Shown here: piece by piece, positions 37,795 through 45,514 of the stretch
How the letters are laid out: the number at the start of each line of letters is the position of its first letter
Numbering within the stretch: the stretch's first letter is position 1
Assembly (NCBI GenBank): GCA_036937365.1
Contig: JAXOVD010000001.1
Span: 1 to 45,514, forward strand
Source: Alphaproteobacteria bacterium
Lineage (GTDB): Bacteria > Pseudomonadota > Alphaproteobacteria > HIMB59
Length of the DNA: 45,514 bases
Direction: 5' to 3'
Notes under the pieces: model-generated
What the model was told of the DNA's origin: nothing
What the model saw: the letters and a program-made list of their open reading frames with translations, nothing else
Database searches by the model: none
Position numbers and translations under genes: made by a program

Positions 37795-39559
37795 TTTCTT
37801 GATAAGCAAAGTTTAATACTTTGTGTGCTATTGGAGCCGCAACCGCAGAACCCGACCCGCCATTTTCAATAATTACAGATGCTATATATTTTGGGTCCTC
37901 GATTGGGGCATATCCAACAAAAACTGAATGGTCTTTGAATTTATCCTCTATTTCTTTCGTCTTATAGAGATCATCTTCTCTATCTTCTTCTTTAATTCTT
38001 ATAACTTGGGATGTTCCTGTCTTACCACCAATTTTTACAAAATTAGGATTGTCTATATTTAATTTATAAGCTGTTCCAGAAGGTTCCTGAACAGCTGCTT
38101 TGAGAGCATTTAAGATAATTCTTTGGTGATTAGAATTAAGTGGTTCTCCTAAATATCGCACCGGTTCTTCTTTAACTAGTCTTGGGTAAGGAAATTTTCC
38201 TCCATTGAGTATAGCGGAATAAAGATTAGCTAACTGCAAAGGTGAGGTTAAATTATAACCTTGCCCAATACATGTTATAAGAGTTTCACCCTGGTACCAC
38301 CCTTGATCTAAATATGTTTTTTTCCATTTTTTATTTGGTATTAAGCCCTTCTGGGCATTGGATAATCCAATATTGTATGTAATGTTTAAACCTAAAGAGG
38401 TAGCTATATCTGATAGATCATCGATATTGATTTTTTTTGCAAGTTCATAAAAGTAGCAATCACAAGACTCTTTTATGGCTTTTTTTAAATTAACTCTTCC
38501 GTGCCCTCCTTTTTTCCAACAATAATAATTTCGATCAGCTAACGAAGTAGAACCAGTACAAATTATTTCTGAGTTTTCATCAATGATGTTTTTCTTTAAA
38601 CCCAAAAGAGTTGGAATAGGTTTGAACACAGATCCTGGAGGGTAAAAACCTGTAAAAGCCCTATTTAATAAAGGTTTTTCGGGATCATTAAAAATAGAAT
38701 TAATTACATTATTATCACGATCTTCAAATATCTGTGCATCATATGTCGGATTTGAGTTCATTGATAGAATTGAACCATCAAACCTATTCAAAACAACAAT
38801 TGAACCTTTATTAGATGAAGGAAGAATTGATTGGGCAAAGTTTTGGAGTTTTAAATTTATTGTCAAATCTAAGGATTTACCTTTGATAGGTTCTTCAATT
38901 GCAATTTCCCTTATAATTTTTCCCCGAGAATTCACTTCATTAAAAATTTTTCCAGGCTTTCCTTGTAGATGATCATCAAAAGTTTTTTCTAAATGAAAAA
39001 TACCTTTGGGATATAATTCAGCACTGTCGGAAGATTTGCCAATATATCCAATAATTTGTGATAAATTTTTATGAGGATAAAATCTTTTTTTAGACTCGAT
39101 AATCTTTATCGATGTAAAAAGAAATTTATTTTTTTCAAATTTTACAATTTGTTCCCAATTGGCTCTTGATAAGATAAATGGTGTGTAAGAATTAAAAGAT
39201 TGAAGCTGCTTTGAAATATTGGGTATATTTAATTCAAGATCAATCAAAGAGTTTAATTGATCAACTTCATTCAAATAATTTTTATTTAAGTTTTTATAAA
39301 TCGCAAATTCATAAAGAGATGAATTTGCTGCAACTAAATTTTTATTACTATCAAAAATATCACCTCTCAATGGCGGGGTAGCTTTAATAGATACTTTGTT
39401 TTGAGCTGATTTTTTTTGATAAAAGCTATTATTAAGTATTTGTAGTGAAAAAAGTCTTATCGAAACAATCAAACTAATAATTAAACTAATAAAAGTAATA
39501 ATAAACGATCTACGATTAAAGATTTTTATACTATCTTGACTAGTTTTGTTCTTTTCCAT
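37787..39559 (-). CDS. mrdA: Penicillin-binding protein 2
   Basis: RG.I.D, YPPGSVFK (SxxK), SCD, IGQG, KTGTSQ. Confidence 0.96.
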   Translation of the reverse strand: MEKNKTSQDSIKIFNRRSFIITFISLIISLIVSIRLFSLQILNNSFYQKKSAQNKVSIKATPPLRGDIFDSNKNLVAANSSLYEFAIYKNLNKNYLNEVDQLNSLIDLELNIPNISKQLQSFNSYTPFILSRANWEQIVKFEKNKFLFTSIKIIESKKRFYPHKNLSQIIGYIGKSSDSAELYPKGIFHLEKTFDDHLQGKPGKIFNEVNSRGKIIREIAIEEPIKGKSLDLTINLKLQNFAQSILPSSNKGSIVVLNRFDGSILSMNSNPTYDAQIFEDRDNNVINSIFNDPEKPLLNRAFTGFYPPGSVFKPIPTLLGLKKNIIDENSEIICTGSTSLADRNYYCWKKGGHGRVNLKKAIKESCDCYFYELAKKINIDDLSDIATSLGLNITYNIGLSNAQKGLIPNKKWKKTYLDQGWYQGETLITCIGQGYNLTSPLQLANLYSAILNGGKFPYPRLVKEEPVRYLGEPLNSNHQRIILNALKAAVQEPSGTAYKLNIDNPNFVKIGGKTGTSQVIRIKEEDREDDLYKTKEIEDKFKDHSVFVGYAPIEDPKYIASVIIENGGSGSAVAAPIAHKVLNFAYQENV

Positions 39560-39966
39560 CTAATCTCAAACTGATACCCAAGAAAATAAGAACTAAAAAA
39601 TATAAGAAATAATCTTTAAATTTCATTATTATAAAAATCTCTGGGTATAAAAAATAAAGTGTAATTAAACTTAATATAAAAATAAAAATAGAAATAATTG
39701 AAAAGTGAACAAAGAAATTATTAATAATGTTACTTAATAATAACAAAGGTATCGAAAGAGCTACAACAGAAATAAAAAGAGGAAGTCCTAAAAATATCTC
39801 AATCAGATAAGATGAAGAGATAAAAATTAAAAAATCAAATAGTTTTATCTTTTTTTCCTTTAAAAAAGAGTAAAAAGCCAAATTTATCAAAGAAAAAATT
39901 AAAAAACTATCAATTGCATAGTTGAAATTTCCATAACTAAGAAAACATAAAATAATCAAAAATATT

Positions 39967-39974
<8 letters not shown>
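39540..39974 (-). CDS. mreD: Probable MreD (divergent membrane protein)
   Basis: Very hydrophobic 144 aa between mreC and mrdA; call rests mostly on position. Confidence 0.6.
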
Positions 39975-43329
<3,355 letters not shown>

Positions 43330-43333
43330 TTTC

Positions 43334-44904
<1,571 letters not shown>

Positions 44905-44907
44905 GAA

Positions 44908-45513
44908 TTAAACTAAAACTTTTCCTTTTTCTTGGTTTTCTGGTTTTTCCTTATCATATTTAGATAACAACATTTCATTATGAGCTGCACCACTTGGGAT
45001 CATGGGAAAGCAGTTTTCTTTTTTATCTACCCAAATATCTGCGATAACTGGGCGATCGACAGAGATCATTTCATTAATTGCATCGTCAAGTTCAGAGAGA
45101 TTTTTAGCTCTTACGCCTACAGCGTTAAAACTTTCAGCTAATTTTTTAAAATCAGGCAGCGCATCTACATAACTCTCAGAATAGCGACTACCATGGAGAA
45201 GTTCTTGCCATTGTCGAACCATTCCCATGTATTCATTATTAAGAATAAAAATTTTAATTGGTAATTTATATTGCACGGCAGTAGCAATTTCTTGAATGTT
45301 CATTAAAAATGAAGCTTCACCCGCTATATCAACCACAAGTGCTTCAGGATTTGCCATTTGAGCACCGATCGCAGCCGGCATACCAAAACCCATCGTGCCA
45401 AGACCTCCAGAGGTGATCCAACGATTTGGTTTTGAAAATTTATAATATTGCGCAGCCCACATTTGATGCTGCCCAACCTCAGTAGTAATAAAAGTATCTT
45501 GTTGATTGGTTAA
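44908..45513 (-). CDS. ilvI: Acetolactate synthase large subunit (C-terminal part, truncated by window)
   Basis: Frame stays open to the window edge (TTEVGQHQMWAAQ); SGGLGTMGFG, GEASFLMN, LNN.YMGMVRQWQ. Confidence 0.95.
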   Translation of the reverse strand, partial: LTNQQDTFITTEVGQHQMWAAQYYKFSKPNRWITSGGLGTMGFGMPAAIGAQMANPEALVVDIAGEASFLMNIQEIATAVQYKLPIKIFILNNEYMGMVRQWQELLHGSRYSESYVDALPDFKKLAESFNAVGVRAKNLSELDDAINEMISVDRPVIADIWVDKKENCFPMIPSGAAHNEMLLSKYDKEKPENQEKGKVLV

Positions 45514-45514
45514 T

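Overview
Gene-dense, very AT-rich (roughly 25-30% GC by eye) core-genome segment from a streamlined alphaproteobacterium. Gene order and protein subtypes suggest a marine oligotroph (SAR11/AEGEAN-169-like; inference only). It holds about 52 CDS: lysC, ubiG, nit, secA, accA, xerD, aroKB, corC-like, bolA, J-domain/cobS/cobT, tgt + queuosine-precursor transporter + rpmB, pyrD, class I lysS, fdx, ctaA, SDR-photolyase-SDR-purEK, pyrC, GT9, ygfZ, alpha2-type glyRS, S49 peptidase, ispB, panB, apt and an ilvIH-ilvC-leuA-mreBCD-mrdA-rodA run. I see no rRNA, tRNA, CRISPR array, prophage or IS element; the longest intergenic gap is 105 bp. Most notable: (1) a Q-salvage pair whose TGT has a GGSLG (queuine-type) pocket and has lost 3 of 4 Zn ligands; (2) a BolA/J-domain/CobS/CobT AAA+-VWA module with no cobN in the window; (3) an alpha2 GlyRS in the usual glyQ-glyS slot; (4) an Fe-S-free bacterial (6-4) photolyase-like gene next to an SDR lacking the catalytic Tyr; (5) extreme compaction: candidate leaderless promoters, interlocked divergent start codons, terminator-free convergent junctions and a 13-mer shared by two divergent junctions; (6) two CDS missed by the ORF track.
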